From NCBI GenBank assembly GCA_013265495.1, contig MU062062.1, forward strand, positions 2,028,747-2,092,746: a stretch of DNA of 64,000 bases. The letters run 5' to 3'. A model generated the notes under the pieces. That model saw only the letters and a list, made by a program, of their open reading frames with translations. It did not search any database and was not told the origin of the DNA. The position numbers and the translations under genes are program-made. Each line of letters opens with the position of its first letter. Within the stretch, counting starts at the first letter, position 1. Below, piece after piece: positions 46,081-58,359 of the stretch. Origin of the DNA: Vicugna vicugna (lineage: Eukaryota).

Positions 46081-48914
46081 GATCAATGAACAAACATCAC
46101 CAAGTGATGTAGCCAGAACTAGTGCCCTGATGGCCAGATCTTACAGAATTACGTGGTCACATCCCGCCAAAAGGCGTTGGATCTGTGGGGCTCCTTGAGT
46201 AAATGGGATGCTGCTCAGGTGTCTCTGAGTTACAAGATCAGGGCATGCGTCTGGCTAGGGGTGAGCAGACTGGGAAACATTTGGCCACAAAAGCTCGCAC
46301 AGCCCCAAGAAATCTGGAAGAGAGAAAGATCAGGATTTGAGCTGCAAGGTTGTCCCAGGAGGCTCGCTGCCAGGGGTCTGGTGCCTGAGCAGAGGGGTCC
46401 ACCTGTGTGTAACCCAGCAGAGGGTGCCGCCCCATCTCCTCCACAGGGGGTTGCGACCTCATGCGACCAGGCCAGAGGGCGCTCCTGACCAAGGAGGAAC
46501 CACCTCCTGAAATACAGGCCTGTCAGGCGGCCCCTCAAGAACCCCCGAAACGTCACGTGTCTCCCACCTAGCGGGCAGCAGATGACCGCATCCCCAGTTG
46601 GCAGAAGGAGAGGCTCAGGGCCGTGGACCACACAGTCAGCCCCGTCAGGGCCGTGAACCCGCAGATAGAGCGGGCGGCCAGTGAGACGTGGGACATCTCT
46701 GCTTCCCCATTTAACATCTTCCTCCCCGCAGGTCAAGGGTGACGGTAACAGACGGGTCCACCAGGCTGACCACGTGGACGACAGCATAGTCTCCGGAGGG
46801 AAGTGTGTATCTGACAGGCCCACGGTGTCGCGGGTGGCAGTTTGGTGGCACCGGGCCTTCGTCTGTGCTTACAGGGATTTGGCAGTGCCGTCCCAGGGCT
46901 CTCTGGAGGGAAGGCCCACGTGAAGACTTCCACCCGCGGCCAAGTGCAGGGCCCGCGGCACGCCACGCTGCGCCACGCTGCTCAGCCCCCCTCGGGGGCT
47001 GTGGACAGACACTGCCGACTTCATCTTGCTGGATCGTTTCTGAGTATGAGTCAAAAGGCAGCGCCAACAGAATTTTTGAACATGCGTTTTTTTCACCAAA
47101 TCTAAGATGAGTGTATCTTTTAAAAGAATTTGCCTCAAAAATATACAATATCTTATAAATTATGGATTAATCCTACATTTGAGAAGTTTTATATATACAA
47201 AGGAATGGATACTTTACATTATATGTTTTCATGACCCAAATGAAGAAACAAAAATATAACCTCTCTTATAATTTCTGCAATTTTTAAAAAATGAATTGAT
47301 AGATTAATATTTAAATTAGCACAGTGGGAAGATTCCAGTCTGCTCTAAATTCAGTGAATTCCCTTCCGTCTGTTTCCATTTTTCCGTCCTCCTCTCTGGA
47401 GTCACAGCTGGCTCTGCTCACACCAAGGGCTGCCCTTTGCGCCTACAGTCGGCGGAGGGCCACGGCCTCTGCTTTTATTCCCTGACGCCTCTCGAGTCTG
47501 CGGGTGCGCACCTGCGCCTGGTTAACACGTGGACTCAACTACAGACGTCCTTCTGTACATTTTATCTTCAGACAGCTTACCTGAACCTTGCCTATGACAG
47601 TATACTACGTGCATTTTCCTGTTTTGTTTTCTTTCTAAGTCGGACTGTGTCTCAGCAATAAGTCAGAGGTCACGGTGGAGTCCTGTGACCTCCAGCTCAG
47701 CAGCTACAGTCCGTCAGCCTGGGGGCGGTCCGAGCAGGGGCCAGGCCCGGGCTTCGAGTGCCCCTCCGCCCTTGCTCCTGAGAGTTTCAGAGATTCCACA
47801 GCCTGCACCGGACTCTCCCTTGTCGCCGTGGGTTTGCACAGCGAGCGGCCAGCTCACCGCATGGTGGTGTGTCTGTGTGTGATGTGCGCAGAGTAGCTTT
47901 AGTTAGCGAGGTGTTTCTGTTTTCTTTTTCTTTTCGTCGTTCAAACCATTTGCAACCAAACAGCTCAAGTAATTTAAGTGTTAAGTCTTTCCCAGCCTTT
48001 ACTTTGCATCAGAATCAACCTAGGACTTTTAAAACCTTTTACCTGAGTCCCGCTCAGCGACTGGGTTTGATTTTGAAGGTTTGCTACCCAAGGTGCGGAC
48101 CAAGACCGAAGGGAGCAGGAGCCAAGACCCGCCGGCCCCGGGGCTCGGCAGCACCGCCTGCAGGGCGGTGTGCGCCTCTGCAGCCCGCGCCCCACGTGAC
48201 TCTGAAGCACACGGAGGCCTGGGAGCCAGAAATCCCCGTGAGCACAGGCTGAGCTGAAAACTAAGAGAAAGTTCTGTGCGTCCCCCTTCCTCCCCGACCC
48301 AGCCCCAGACCTCCACGCCCACCTTCACGGATCTAAATTCAGCAGTTTTCGCTGTGCTCTTGGCATTTTAAATCTAGATTTCTGGTTTCCCCTGGAGTAT
48401 CCGGCAGTTCTGGCCACGCCCCTGTGGTGACAGGCGGCCTCGCTAACCGCCCCCCCACCAGGCCCTGTGTTAACTGGTGCTCCCTCTGCGCTGCTGCTTT
48501 TGATGGCTCTGTACACCCACGTCGCTCTCAAAATAAGGAAACAAAACACAGACCAAGAGAAGCATGGTAGAACATCCATTGTGGCAGACGGGCAGTCCTA
48601 CTGTTTAACCACAATTGGAGCGAATCTGCATTGCAGACCCGGAGCCTTGACTGCAGGCGTCTCCAGCCTGTCCCTGCAGGCGTGTGTCTTTAAACCCTCG
48701 ACCTGAAGTTTTCAGACGTCTTGTTACACTGCTCAGTGCGTCGGGTGATTTACCCAGTTGTCCATCTAGACTGACCTATGCAGAATGGAATGCTTTGGAA
48801 TTTAGGGAGAGCTTTGCATATTCCAGACTCCTACCTGCTGTCCCCCAGATGGCAGGGAACATTGCTGACGGGGTCGCCAGCAGAACGCTTCCACTGCATG
48901 TGTTCTGGTGCTCC

Positions 48915-48980
48915 CTGACCACACGCACACACACACACCCACTCACACGCACACGTATGCACACACGTCTCTCTCACACC
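48915..48980. repeat. Degenerate (CA)n repeat
   Basis: CACACGCACACACACACCC...CACGTATGCACACACG. Confidence 0.75.
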
Positions 48981-49526
48981 TGCAGTCTGGGGGGACGGGC
49001 CCGGACACAGTGTCCAGTGAATGGTCAGCAGACGCACCTTTTCTCCCTAATTAAGGCCTTCGATGTCCCGGGGACACAGCACCTTGGCCCTCTCTCCAGC
49101 AGAAGTAGAGCTGAATTCCCCGCCAGGCCTTCCCACGCGTTCAGCTGCTGGAGTCAGAGGGTGCAGCCGGGGGTGGGAGGGTCCTACCTTTTATTTCTCA
49201 TCAAGAGAAACCTGAGTGTGGGGGCCAAGGCCTCCATCCCACCCCTGTGTCCTGCTGCAGTCGAACATGAATGGGCTGTGGGCCCAGGCATACGTGGTCC
49301 TGGAACGGGGCGGGCAGGGGTGCCGCTGGATGGACACGGGGACCCGTAGCCACCTTTACTCTCTCGTCAGCGCTGTGTGAAGCCAGTGTTCCCTGTGAGA
49401 CGCGGCACCTTTCACCCAGCAGGGTGCGTCACGACCGGGAGACGGGTCTGTTGCACCTCAGGGACCCGAGGGCGGGTGCCTGGTCCCCCCACCTGCAGGT
49501 GGAGCTAGAGGCGGGTGCGCGGGAGT

Positions 49527-49895
49527 CAGTGACACCTGCCTGCACCTGTGCCTACAGGTGCGCACACCCGCCTCCCTGCACACACTCCCGTGTCTGCCTG
49601 CACACCCGCCGGCCACACAACTGCATGTGTGCCCGCACACCTGCTCACGCATCTCTCACACAGGTACCTGCACGTGCACCTTCACACACACACTGGTGTG
49701 GCCACGTACGTGCACTTACTCACACCTGCCTACATCTCTGCTTACACACGTGTCTCCACGTGCACCCGCCATCACACGTGCACACGTATGTGCCTCCTTC
49801 CATGCACATTCCTACTTCCACACACACCTCCCTGCATGCATACCGACACGGTATCTGGACACACACACATACAGGAAACGCTCACACCTGCCCGC
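49527..49895. repeat. Decayed CA/CACG-rich repeat block
   Basis: About 370 bp of CACAC/GCAC/CACGTG variants; explains the His/Thr-rich pseudo-ORFs here. Confidence 0.75.
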
Positions 49896-51924
49896 CTGCA
49901 GAGGCAGGCTGCCGTGGTTCGAGCTCTGCAGGGCAGGTCCGCGCAAGTCCCCCCAGATGAATGGTCAGGGCATCAGCCGCCTAGAGGCCCGAGTTTATTA
50001 GCAATTTCACCGCCTGCGTCCTGTCCCGGGTGGCGCTGGATCTCCCTGGGCTGTGACTGGGAGGACCTGGCGGGGGCAGGGGAGCGGCGCCTGCGACCCC
50101 GGAGGAGCCCGCCCCGCAACTCGGCTGTGACTCGCTCTTCTCGCTGTTCGTGCCCCTCACGCATGAGCGTCCGACAGATGGTGTCTGGCAAGCTCAGGTG
50201 TTTAAGGAGAACTCCCCACACCAGTAGTTTCAAGCCCTGACTTTTTTGTGTGTCACTTTTTGAACCACTTTCCCAGGATTTGTTTCCTTTGCAGCCAAAT
50301 GTGGGAAATGAAGTCTGCGCATGAGAGACAGTATTGTCCAGGGAAACGTCCAGAGGGTTAATGTATTTTGACTGAAACTAGCAGGAAGTTGTGTCTCAGC
50401 GGTGTTTACGGGCTTATTGTAAATACGTCACCTGGAGAGCAATTTGTTAAACAAGAAACATCAGGTGGAGAACTAGGAAGGCGGAGTAAATGGGGAGAGA
50501 CAGATCCGGAGGGGCCGTGATGAGCGCCCGCGGTGTCGGTAAAGGGGAGGCTGCCTCCTCCATTCAGCACCAGGAAAACCCCTGACGCCGGGGGAGCAAG
50601 GAGAGATGTTTTCATGACGTTGCTTGGCAGTCAAGTCGTATCTGAAACTGGAGGCTCAGTCATTCCAACCCCCTCGGGTTGTAAACGGGGTGAAAGTTGA
50701 GCGGGTTGGAACAAGCTCGGCTCTGCCTTGATTAGACGCCATCAGGTCACAGCTTCCAGGGCGGGAACTTCCTGGCTTCCTCGGCGCGTGCAGATCAGGG
50801 CTCTCGGGGACAGGCAGCGGCCGAGGACGCCCCGACTCCTGGACGTCAGGGACAGCGGAGGCGTCCTCGAGTCCCCAGGGTCACAGCAGCTCAGGGCTGT
50901 GTGCTCTCGTTTGTGTGGCTTTGTCTTTAGCTTCCCCGCATTGGAGATGGAAGATGGCAGGTCTTTTTAAAAACTTTTGTTGCTTATCACGTAGTAATCC
51001 AGATGGCTTTTCAGGGTGTCACCTTATTAAAAACACCAGTGGGAGATCAGAAAAACCATGTCTTTCGGTGGATTTTTCCAGGCAGACCTTTGTTTCTTCT
51101 CAAGCAAAAAGCTGTTGAAAATTGCTGGCCCACTAGAGAGTGAAGTGCTGTCTTCTGCAGGCATTTGCGCGGACAAAGCGACTGCAACGTTTTCTTGGAA
51201 TCACGGCTGCATTGTAAAGGTGTCAGGACGCCACATCCTGTCACACCATTAGAATCCTGTTGTTTCAGTCATGGGGAAATTTGGATCCCAAAGACCTACA
51301 GCTAACGGTGCCCAGAGAAATAACTAAGCAACTGTGTCATTTGGAGTAGGAAAGAGTATTGAAAAATGCCATTTTGAAATTTATGATTTTTCTCAGCTTT
51401 TGCTTTTAGCATCATTTGAATCTATAATTTAAATTCTACAAGATTTTTACAGAAAAGAAAATAGGAGAGAGATAAAAAGATGTACTGGAGATTCAGACAT
51501 TTCGTTATAATTAGCCCACCTCGGTTTGTAAGGATATGGAAGTAGGCTGTTGGAATGCTTACAGTGTAACAACAGAGAAAGAGGAACGCTAAAACCACAT
51601 CCAGGGACAGGATAAAAGAGAAGGATAATTTCGTCTGTAAGTCAGAACTCACGGGTATGCAGTTTCTAAGCTGAGCTACACATTTAGCTCTGGGCTTCCT
51701 CACAGCCAAAGTGAAACGAGCTTGTTACAGTTTTGTGGACTTGCTGCTCTTAGGGATGAAAAGCACAGCAGTGTCTCGGAGGAAGCCCAGACCAGAGACC
51801 AGGAGGGGTTGTGAGCGAGTTTCCACTGGGCCGCACGGCGGGGATCAGCCTCAAGGCACCCGTCAACGCTTGTGACCAGAGTACTCCCCGAGAGCTTCTA
51901 GCATGCGGGACTGTGGGTGTTTGA

Positions 51925-52840
51925 TTCTTTATTTGTTGTGTTTGTTTATTGTACTAAAATATACATAATATAAAGTTTACCATCGTAACCATCTTCCAGT
52001 GTACAGGCCTGCGGCAGTAACCACGTTCACCCTCTTGTGCGACCGTCACCACCCTCCACCTCCAGAACCGTCATCATCTCGAACTGGAACTCTTCCCCAT
52101 TAGTACTAAGTCCCCATTCTCCCTCCCCCAGCCCCTGCTGACCGCTGTTCCACGTTCTGTGTTGATGAACTTGGTCACTCAGGAACCTCAGATAAGTGGA
52201 ATCCCACAGTATTTCCCTTAGAGCCAAGTCTCTTCACTGAGCGGAATGTCCCCGCGGTTCCTCCATGGTGCACGGGGCAGAAGCGCGTTCTGGGTGGAGG
52301 CTGAATGACGTTCCGTGGGACGGGGGGACGGCCTTCTTGCCCGTTGCCCAGCAGTGGACGCTTGGCTCGTTTCCGCGTGTTGGCTGCTGTGAACTGAGCT
52401 GCACGAGTTTCCGCTCAAGTCCCTGCTGTCAGTTCTTTGGGGCTTTTCCGCAGAAGCAGAATTTCTGAATCAAATTCTGTTTTAACTTTTTGAAGAGCTG
52501 TCACACTGTGTTCACAACAGCGGCGCTGACTTAACGCTCCCATCAGAAACTCACAAAGCTTCCTATTTTCCACATCCTCACCAATATGACCGTTTTCTGG
52601 TTCAGGGTTTATTTGTCTGTTTTTAATAATCGCCATCCTGATGGGTGTGCGGCGGTATCTCACTGCGATTTTTATTCGCACTTCCCTGACAATTAGCAGC
52701 ATTGAACGTCTTTTTACAGGCTTATTGGCTATTTGTATACTTTCCGTGGAGAAATACCTGTTCCGGTCCTGTGCCCACGTTTTGAATTGTCCTCCGTTGA
52801 TGCTTGTGACTTGCAGGCATCTCTCTGTGTTCTGGGTCTA
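51925..52840 (-). mobile_element. L1 (L1MB7/8-like) 3' end including ORF2 C-terminal remnant
   Basis: AAAATATACATAATATAAAGTTTACCAT...CTCCAGAAC...AAGTGGAATC 3' UTR pattern; ORF 52415-52702 (LIVREVRIKIAVRYRRTPIRMAIIK) matches the L1 ORF2 motif LIIREMQIKTTMRYHLTPVRMAIIK. Confidence 0.9.
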
Positions 52841-53302
52841 GTCTTCCCCAGAGACTTCACGCTAACTGTCCTCCTTCCCTGAACCTTCTGGATTGCACCT
52901 GGGGCCTGCCCTTCGTAATACTTGCTTTTGTCCGTTTTCTGGCCCAGCTCCCCTGCCGCTGCCCTGACTGGCCCCTCTGCCTGCATCACCCCTGCGGGCT
53001 TGGCGAGCAGGGCGAGTCCCACTCACCAGATCCCGTGGGAGGGAGGGTCCCTGCCTCAGTCTCGCTCCGGCCACACTGCCCCCCCACCACCACCCCAACT
53101 CATCCCGTGGGGTCCACCTTCTGCCAGGGGGCCAGACCTCGAGGGCCACGCTCTGTCTCCCATCCATCACCCCCGGTGCCTAGAGGCGCAGGCACAGAGT
53201 GGGAACTAAGAAGGCCCAGAATGTCCGTGCGTTGCTCCCCAGCGAGACCCTACACGGGGCAGAATCTACACCTTCGTCACTTTGGTTCCCGCCAGTTTGG
53301 GT

Positions 53303-53654
53303 TGTGCCTCTGTTCACGGGGCCACCGTAGCACCGGAGCCCAGACCAGCAGACAAAGTCTACCCTCCCCCAGCCCTGGAGGCCAGAGGTCCGAGGTCGGG
53401 CGTCTGCAGGGCTGGTTCCTCCCCGGGCCTCGCTCCTGGTGTGTGGGTGCCGTCTCTCCTGTGTCCCCACAAGGGCGTCCCTGTGTGTCTGTGTCCTCGC
53501 CTTCTCCTGTAAGGACACCAGTCATACTAGATTCGGACCTATTTTAACTTGTAAGTGACCTCATTTTAACTGAATTATCTCTTTGAAGACCCATCTCCAA
53601 GTACGCCTTCTGAGGGTCCGGGGTTAGGGCTTCCGCACAGCTCAGCCCAGAACA
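53303..53654 (-). mobile_element. MLT1-type (MLT1A/B-like) LTR relic
   Basis: CTGGAGGCCAGAGGTCCGAGGTC...GCAGGGCTGGTTCCT...TAAGGACACCAGTCATACTAGATT...CTCAGCCCAGAACA. Confidence 0.85.
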
Positions 53655-53759
53655 GGCGCCACCCCGAACTGCACACGAGTCCTGTGAGTTCTGTTTGGCC
53701 TAAGGTCAAGGCCGGTGACCTCAGACTAGTCCCATGACTTCGGTGTAAAGTTTGTCCTT

Positions 53760-53880
53760 CGTTTTTGTTATTGTGACATAATATGTTTTATGTATTTCAT
53801 ACACACACAGACACTCAGCCGTTTTAACCGTTCCAAGCATGCAGTCAGTGGCGTTAAGTAGGTGTGACCTAAGTGTCCTC
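53760..53880 (-). mobile_element. Short L1 3'-terminal fragment
   Basis: TTATTGTGACATAAT...CCGTTTTAACCG...CAGTGGCGTTAAGTA resembles an L1M 3' end. Confidence 0.55.
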
Positions 53881-55918
53881 ATGTTCACGTGGGAAGAGGA
53901 GACGAGACGCACCGACGTCAAATTCTGTTGTTGGAGGAGGATGTGTCCCACCCCCACTTCACGGCCCCGCGAACAGGAGACAGGCGCTGAACCAGCGCCA
54001 ACCAGCCTGCCTGTGTATGAGGTCGCATCTCCCGAGGGGGGGCGGTCTGAAAGGGCCAGGTGTCCCTGGCTTTCATCCCCGGTGTCCTGGGTGATCTGCC
54101 AGGGCCAAGATTCCAGCACGCCTGCCAACATCAGGACTCTTCCCAGTCCCCTGGGCCTGAGGGCAGGTGGCTGGCCTGGGTCCCCGTTTGCCTCCCAAAC
54201 CTGCCCTGAACCCAGTGCCTGTGAGTGGGGTCCCAGCCGCTCCCCTGGGTCCTGCTGAAAGAAATGGGTTTGTACCCCCAGGTACAGCTGTGAAGTTCTG
54301 GCTGACCCCAGTAGGAGGGGTCCTTGTCCCACGTCGGAGGCGCGGAGACAGGACACCCCATACAGCGGAGCCCCCAGGCTGCGCTGACCAGCCTCTCACT
54401 CGGCACTGCCTCTTAGACCACTGTCCCCCGGGGACCCTCAGATTACAGCCCCTGTTCCTCTGAGGGTCTCGCTTAGTGCCCGCGTGTCAGACAGCCCAGT
54501 GTGGGCTCGGGGCTCCCAGCCGGTGGACATGCCCACCATGTGTGGGGAAATCTTCCACACGACGCAGTGTGTGCTGTACAGGGATGTGACATGTCCACAG
54601 GCTGGACCAGGCACCTTGTTACTCAAACAGGGACCTGGGAAAGCAGGGACCAGCCGCGGGAGAGGCTCTCCGCACCCTGCTCACGTCTGGGTGTCCAGCC
54701 CTCGGCTCCGAGTCTGAGTCGGCCAAGAGGCGAGAGTGGCACCTCAGCCCGAGGTTTACGGTCATCCCCTCCTGGGCTCAACTGCACTGTCCACGTAGCT
54801 CAGAGTTCTGCTGAGAAAAGGAGAATAATCACGTTAAATTAATGTGACATGCTTGGTACAACGTTGCACACAACTGGGATGACACGGGACCAGCCAGGAG
54901 CCGACGCACCCAGAGCACAGACCCATTTGGGGCATCTTTGTGCCCCCAGAGCTTTACTCACAGGCTCGCAGAGTCTCCACCTCACACACAGAACCAGACA
55001 CACAACACAGTTTGCGTGGCGTTCCAAGGCCCCCGCGGGCCATTCTAAAGTCCTCTGATATGGGGGCCTCCCCGCGACAGCCTCCAGAGCAGTGACCCCT
55101 CCCCGTGGATGGACAGTGCACACGCGCCTGCCCCAGGCTTCTGGGGAGAAGGCCCATCCTGTCTGAGACCTTCAAAGACATTTGTGGTCCCCCCAAAGTC
55201 CCAGGTTAGATCTAACCCAGCACACAGTGAACACACGGCCCCAGCCTGCATGTAAGTCTGAGCAGCAGAGCAGACGCTCCTTGAAACTTCGACGTCGTGC
55301 TCTCATCCAAAAAGGGAGGCCCAGGGGCGCTTCATCCTGGTCTCTGCGTGTTTACTTCGAAGGCGACGACCCGCGTACTTCCTGCTTCTCCTCGCTGCCC
55401 TCGGGAACGCCGTCCCGTGGTCAGGTAGTGGTCCTGCCCCGGGAAGGGCAGGAGCTGCGCTGGGCAGAGCAGGAAACCAGGCCGCCCCCTGGGGCCTGCA
55501 GCCGGTGGACAAAGAGGCGGCCTGTCCTGGGCCACGTGCTCCCAAGCGGCAATAAAAGCTGCTTTCGACTCCTGACCCGTGTGCTGGGGAAGCATTCTGG
55601 GGAGAATTACTATGATTTGCCCAAGATTACAACTCTTCAACGCCTGGGCAGCCCGATACTGTTATCCCTAATTGTTAGCTGTGGGCTGTGATTGTCTGCA
55701 GGGTGTGGGTGTAACATGGCCACACACAGCTGGGCCCCGGGGATGCAGCCTTTGCAGTCCCCGTCATGACAGTGGCTGAGTGCCCAGGAAGCTTCCAGTG
55801 GGCTCCATCCGGCAGACTCGGGGCGTGAAGGCCGCCGGGCTGAGCCAGGCGTTCCTCGCGCTGCACAAAATCCTCTGGGCAAACAGGAGTTCCAGCTGCC
55901 GATGGCCTTTCTGATCCG

Positions 55919-55932
55919 GTTGCCATGGGAAC
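55919..55932. promoter_or_regulatory. Candidate RFX X-box
   Basis: GTTGCCATGGGAAC, 13/14 to the palindromic X-box GTTGCCATGGCAAC; a weaker copy GTTTCCATGGGAGC at 56020-56033. Confidence 0.45.
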
Positions 55933-56639
55933 GCGGTCAGATGGAAGAGGATGAGGCAGGGAAGTTATAAAAAGAAGGCTGTCATTAAAACCCGCACCTC
56001 GTCTCCCCCAGTCTTGTGCGTTTCCATGGGAGCAGGAGCAGGATCCACCGCCAGGCGCAGCCCGGCCTCGGTCTCTGGGCTGTCAGGCAGCGTCCAGCCA
56101 CCTCTGCGGAGCCTTAAATTTATCCCAGGTGTCAGACCCAGGAGTTTTATGAGGCCTTCACCACGCAAGACCCTGCAAACCGGCCAGGTTGGGCACGCAG
56201 CTGTCCCCCTGTGGTGGCCGCTGGGCCTCGGGTCCCTCCTGGGAGGGTCCTGCTCTCCGCGAGCACAGCCACACAGACAGGTGGCCGGGGCCCCTCCGGC
56301 CCCACTGCCCACGTGGCCGGTCTCTCCTCTGCTGCCCCTTGAACCTCGGCCCAGCCCGTCCTCGCCCCCACCGAACCCCCCGGGCGGTCTCTGTCTCTGA
56401 GCCCCCCGCCCCACACCAGAGGGAGTTTTACTTTCACAGAGGTTTCTCCTTCCTCCCTGGTGACAACTTCTCACCTTCGGAGCCCGTTTCTTCTGCTGGG
56501 GATGTGAAGTGCTTTCACTGGTTTCAGAGCAGCTGAGAATTTCCTCACAGTCATGTTTAACTGTCCTCAAGACGAATGCTTTTTCACCTGGATCTGGGAG
56601 GAAACAAAAATTCGTGTGTCAGAGTGAAAGCTCAGTGGG

Positions 56640-56780
56640 CATGATGTCAATCTCAGGGAAAAAATTCTAGAAAAAATGTCACACAGATTATTTGTGAGTA
56701 CTTAGACAAAAAGAGATTGCAAAGATTTACTAAGACGAAGTTATGCTTGACTAATTTCTGGTAACTTCGTTACCCGCACA
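56640..56780 (+). mobile_element. L3/CR1 LINE relic, reverse transcriptase region
   Basis: 56690-56758 translates ICEYLDKKRLQRFTKTKLCLTNF, resembling the CR1/L3 RT segment (..CEHLE..QHGFTKNKSC.TNL); preceded by GGAAAAAATTCTAGAA. Confidence 0.65.
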
Positions 56781-57186
56781 CGGTAGTTGCCCAGGACGTT
56801 TGCCGAGCTCTGAGCCTGGACTGTTTTCGCTGAGGGCTAGGTGACGAAGTGTGTGTTGAATTATAGCGTAAATAAACCTGATTTGTAATCACCTAAACGA
56901 CCACAACCAGAGACCACTGCTTTGTTGGAATGACAACACCCAGAGCCTGCCGTTCCCCGGAAGAATGATGTCCAGCGGCGAGGTGCGGGGCGCTGTCCTT
57001 GGTCCTGTCTTACTCAGTGCTTCTAGGCGTGGAAATAGATCATAAATTCCTGCAGGCACAGCGGCCAGGAAGGCAGGCGTGGTGCAGCGGGTGGGAGGCC
57101 TGGAGCACAGGGCATCTCACCAGGCTGCTGCAATGTGCGAGACCAAGCAACATAAAGTTTAAAGAGAAGGCATCTTACTTTTACCT

Positions 57187-57224
57187 CCCCCCCGCCCCCC
57201 CCGCCCCCAAACCCCCCGCCCCCC
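57187..57224 (-). repeat. C-run cluster; G-quadruplex-forming on the minus strand
   Basis: Six runs of 5-8 C separated by 1-3 nt. Confidence 0.75.
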
Positions 57225-57704
57225 ACCGCCAAAACGGAAAAACAGAATAAGAACTAATAGTTTTCTTCCGATAATTGAGGATGTTTAGAAGTAGAAGTCT
57301 GCGAGCCCTGTGGGGTTTCGGAAGGAGGACAGTGGGTGTATTTTCCAAAGATGTAAATTATGATAAGAAGAAGAAAGCCGTTCGGGAGAGCTCTGAGTGT
57401 GGAGTGAAACACTCTGTGGGATGGTGAATTCACATCCTTTTGAGGCTGAAACTATGCCTTTGGGATCGTTCTGCAGTCGGGTGCTCGGCTGCTAGGAAAT
57501 GTGAGGCTGTCTTTATGGGTTCTCTTTTCTCTGGTTCTCAGAAGCAATTTCTACAATGGATTTGTATCTGTATTTACATCTAAAGATTATTTACACATAA
57601 TCCACTATATGACATGAAATTTATGAAAAATGGGTGTTCTAGAGCTAGCAATGCCTGGAAGCATGTGTTTATGATAAACGGTGACTGTTACAAGTCTCCT
57701 TTAA

Positions 57705-57725
57705 ACACACACACACACACACACA
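57705..57725. repeat. (AC)10 microsatellite
   Basis: Perfect AC run. Confidence 0.95.
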
Positions 57726-58359
57726 GGCAAGGTAAATGAGATCCCTGCAGTTTGTGAAAGGAACGTTCATATCGGGGACGCCCTCAGTGCCCCTCTGGGC
57801 CGATCCGGGTGTTGGGTTGACGCTCTTCCTCCTGAGGATAAAGCTCTGTTAACGCAGCGTTAGCATCTGCAGTCACCTCTGTTCCTGTCGCTGGTTAGTC
57901 CTGCAGTTCCTGTGGTGGAGGGCAACGCATATTTGCACCAGCAGTATTTTGGCTTGTAACTTCCAGTCTCTAGACTTGGAAAGACACATGCATTACAGCC
58001 CAAATACGAGTAATCAGTCACCCTTTTGATAAAGGAAAAAGCACGTGACTCCCTTCAAATGTGCTTGTATTGGAAACAGTTGTGGTTGTATCTGAGCCGC
58101 TTTGCTGCACACAAGCAGAAATGAGTTTGGTGGGTGGCTCAGGGTCCCTGCCCTGCTAAGCAGACTGTGCTGAGCAAGTTGGAGACAGTGTCTGTGCATC
58201 AGGGAGAAGGCTTGCTACGTAACCTTGACGGGACCTTCCAGTGCCAAGTGTCCACGGCAGCATGGCGTCGCCTTGACAGGGTCCACGCTGCTCAGGCTCA
58301 CGTCCATGTGAAGTGCCTTAGCTTTGTCCAGACTACGCTGCTTGTCACTCCCCTGGCAA

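Noticed and set aside
46732-46923. Strong plus-strand acceptor (TCTTCCTCCCCGCAG) with an open frame to a stop
   Set aside because: No convincing donor, no recognised peptide and no poly(A) signal nearby.
49271-50240. His/Thr/Cys-rich 229-230 aa ORFs
   Set aside because: Translations of the decayed CA-rich repeat.
50563-50571. RE1 left half-site TTCAGCACC (similar partial matches near 3733-3753, 14185-14205 and 22107-22117)
   Set aside because: The other half is missing or mismatched at key positions, unlike 9656-9676.
52415-52702. ORF with L1 ORF2 similarity (also 58885-59106) as a gene
   Set aside because: Short open stretches within degenerate, frameshifted L1 relics; the RT catalytic FADD motif is mutated to FSDN.
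54525-54540. p53 response element (GGACATGCCC plus a second CATG)
   Set aside because: The second half-site is poor and its core is spaced 9 rather than 10 bp from the first.
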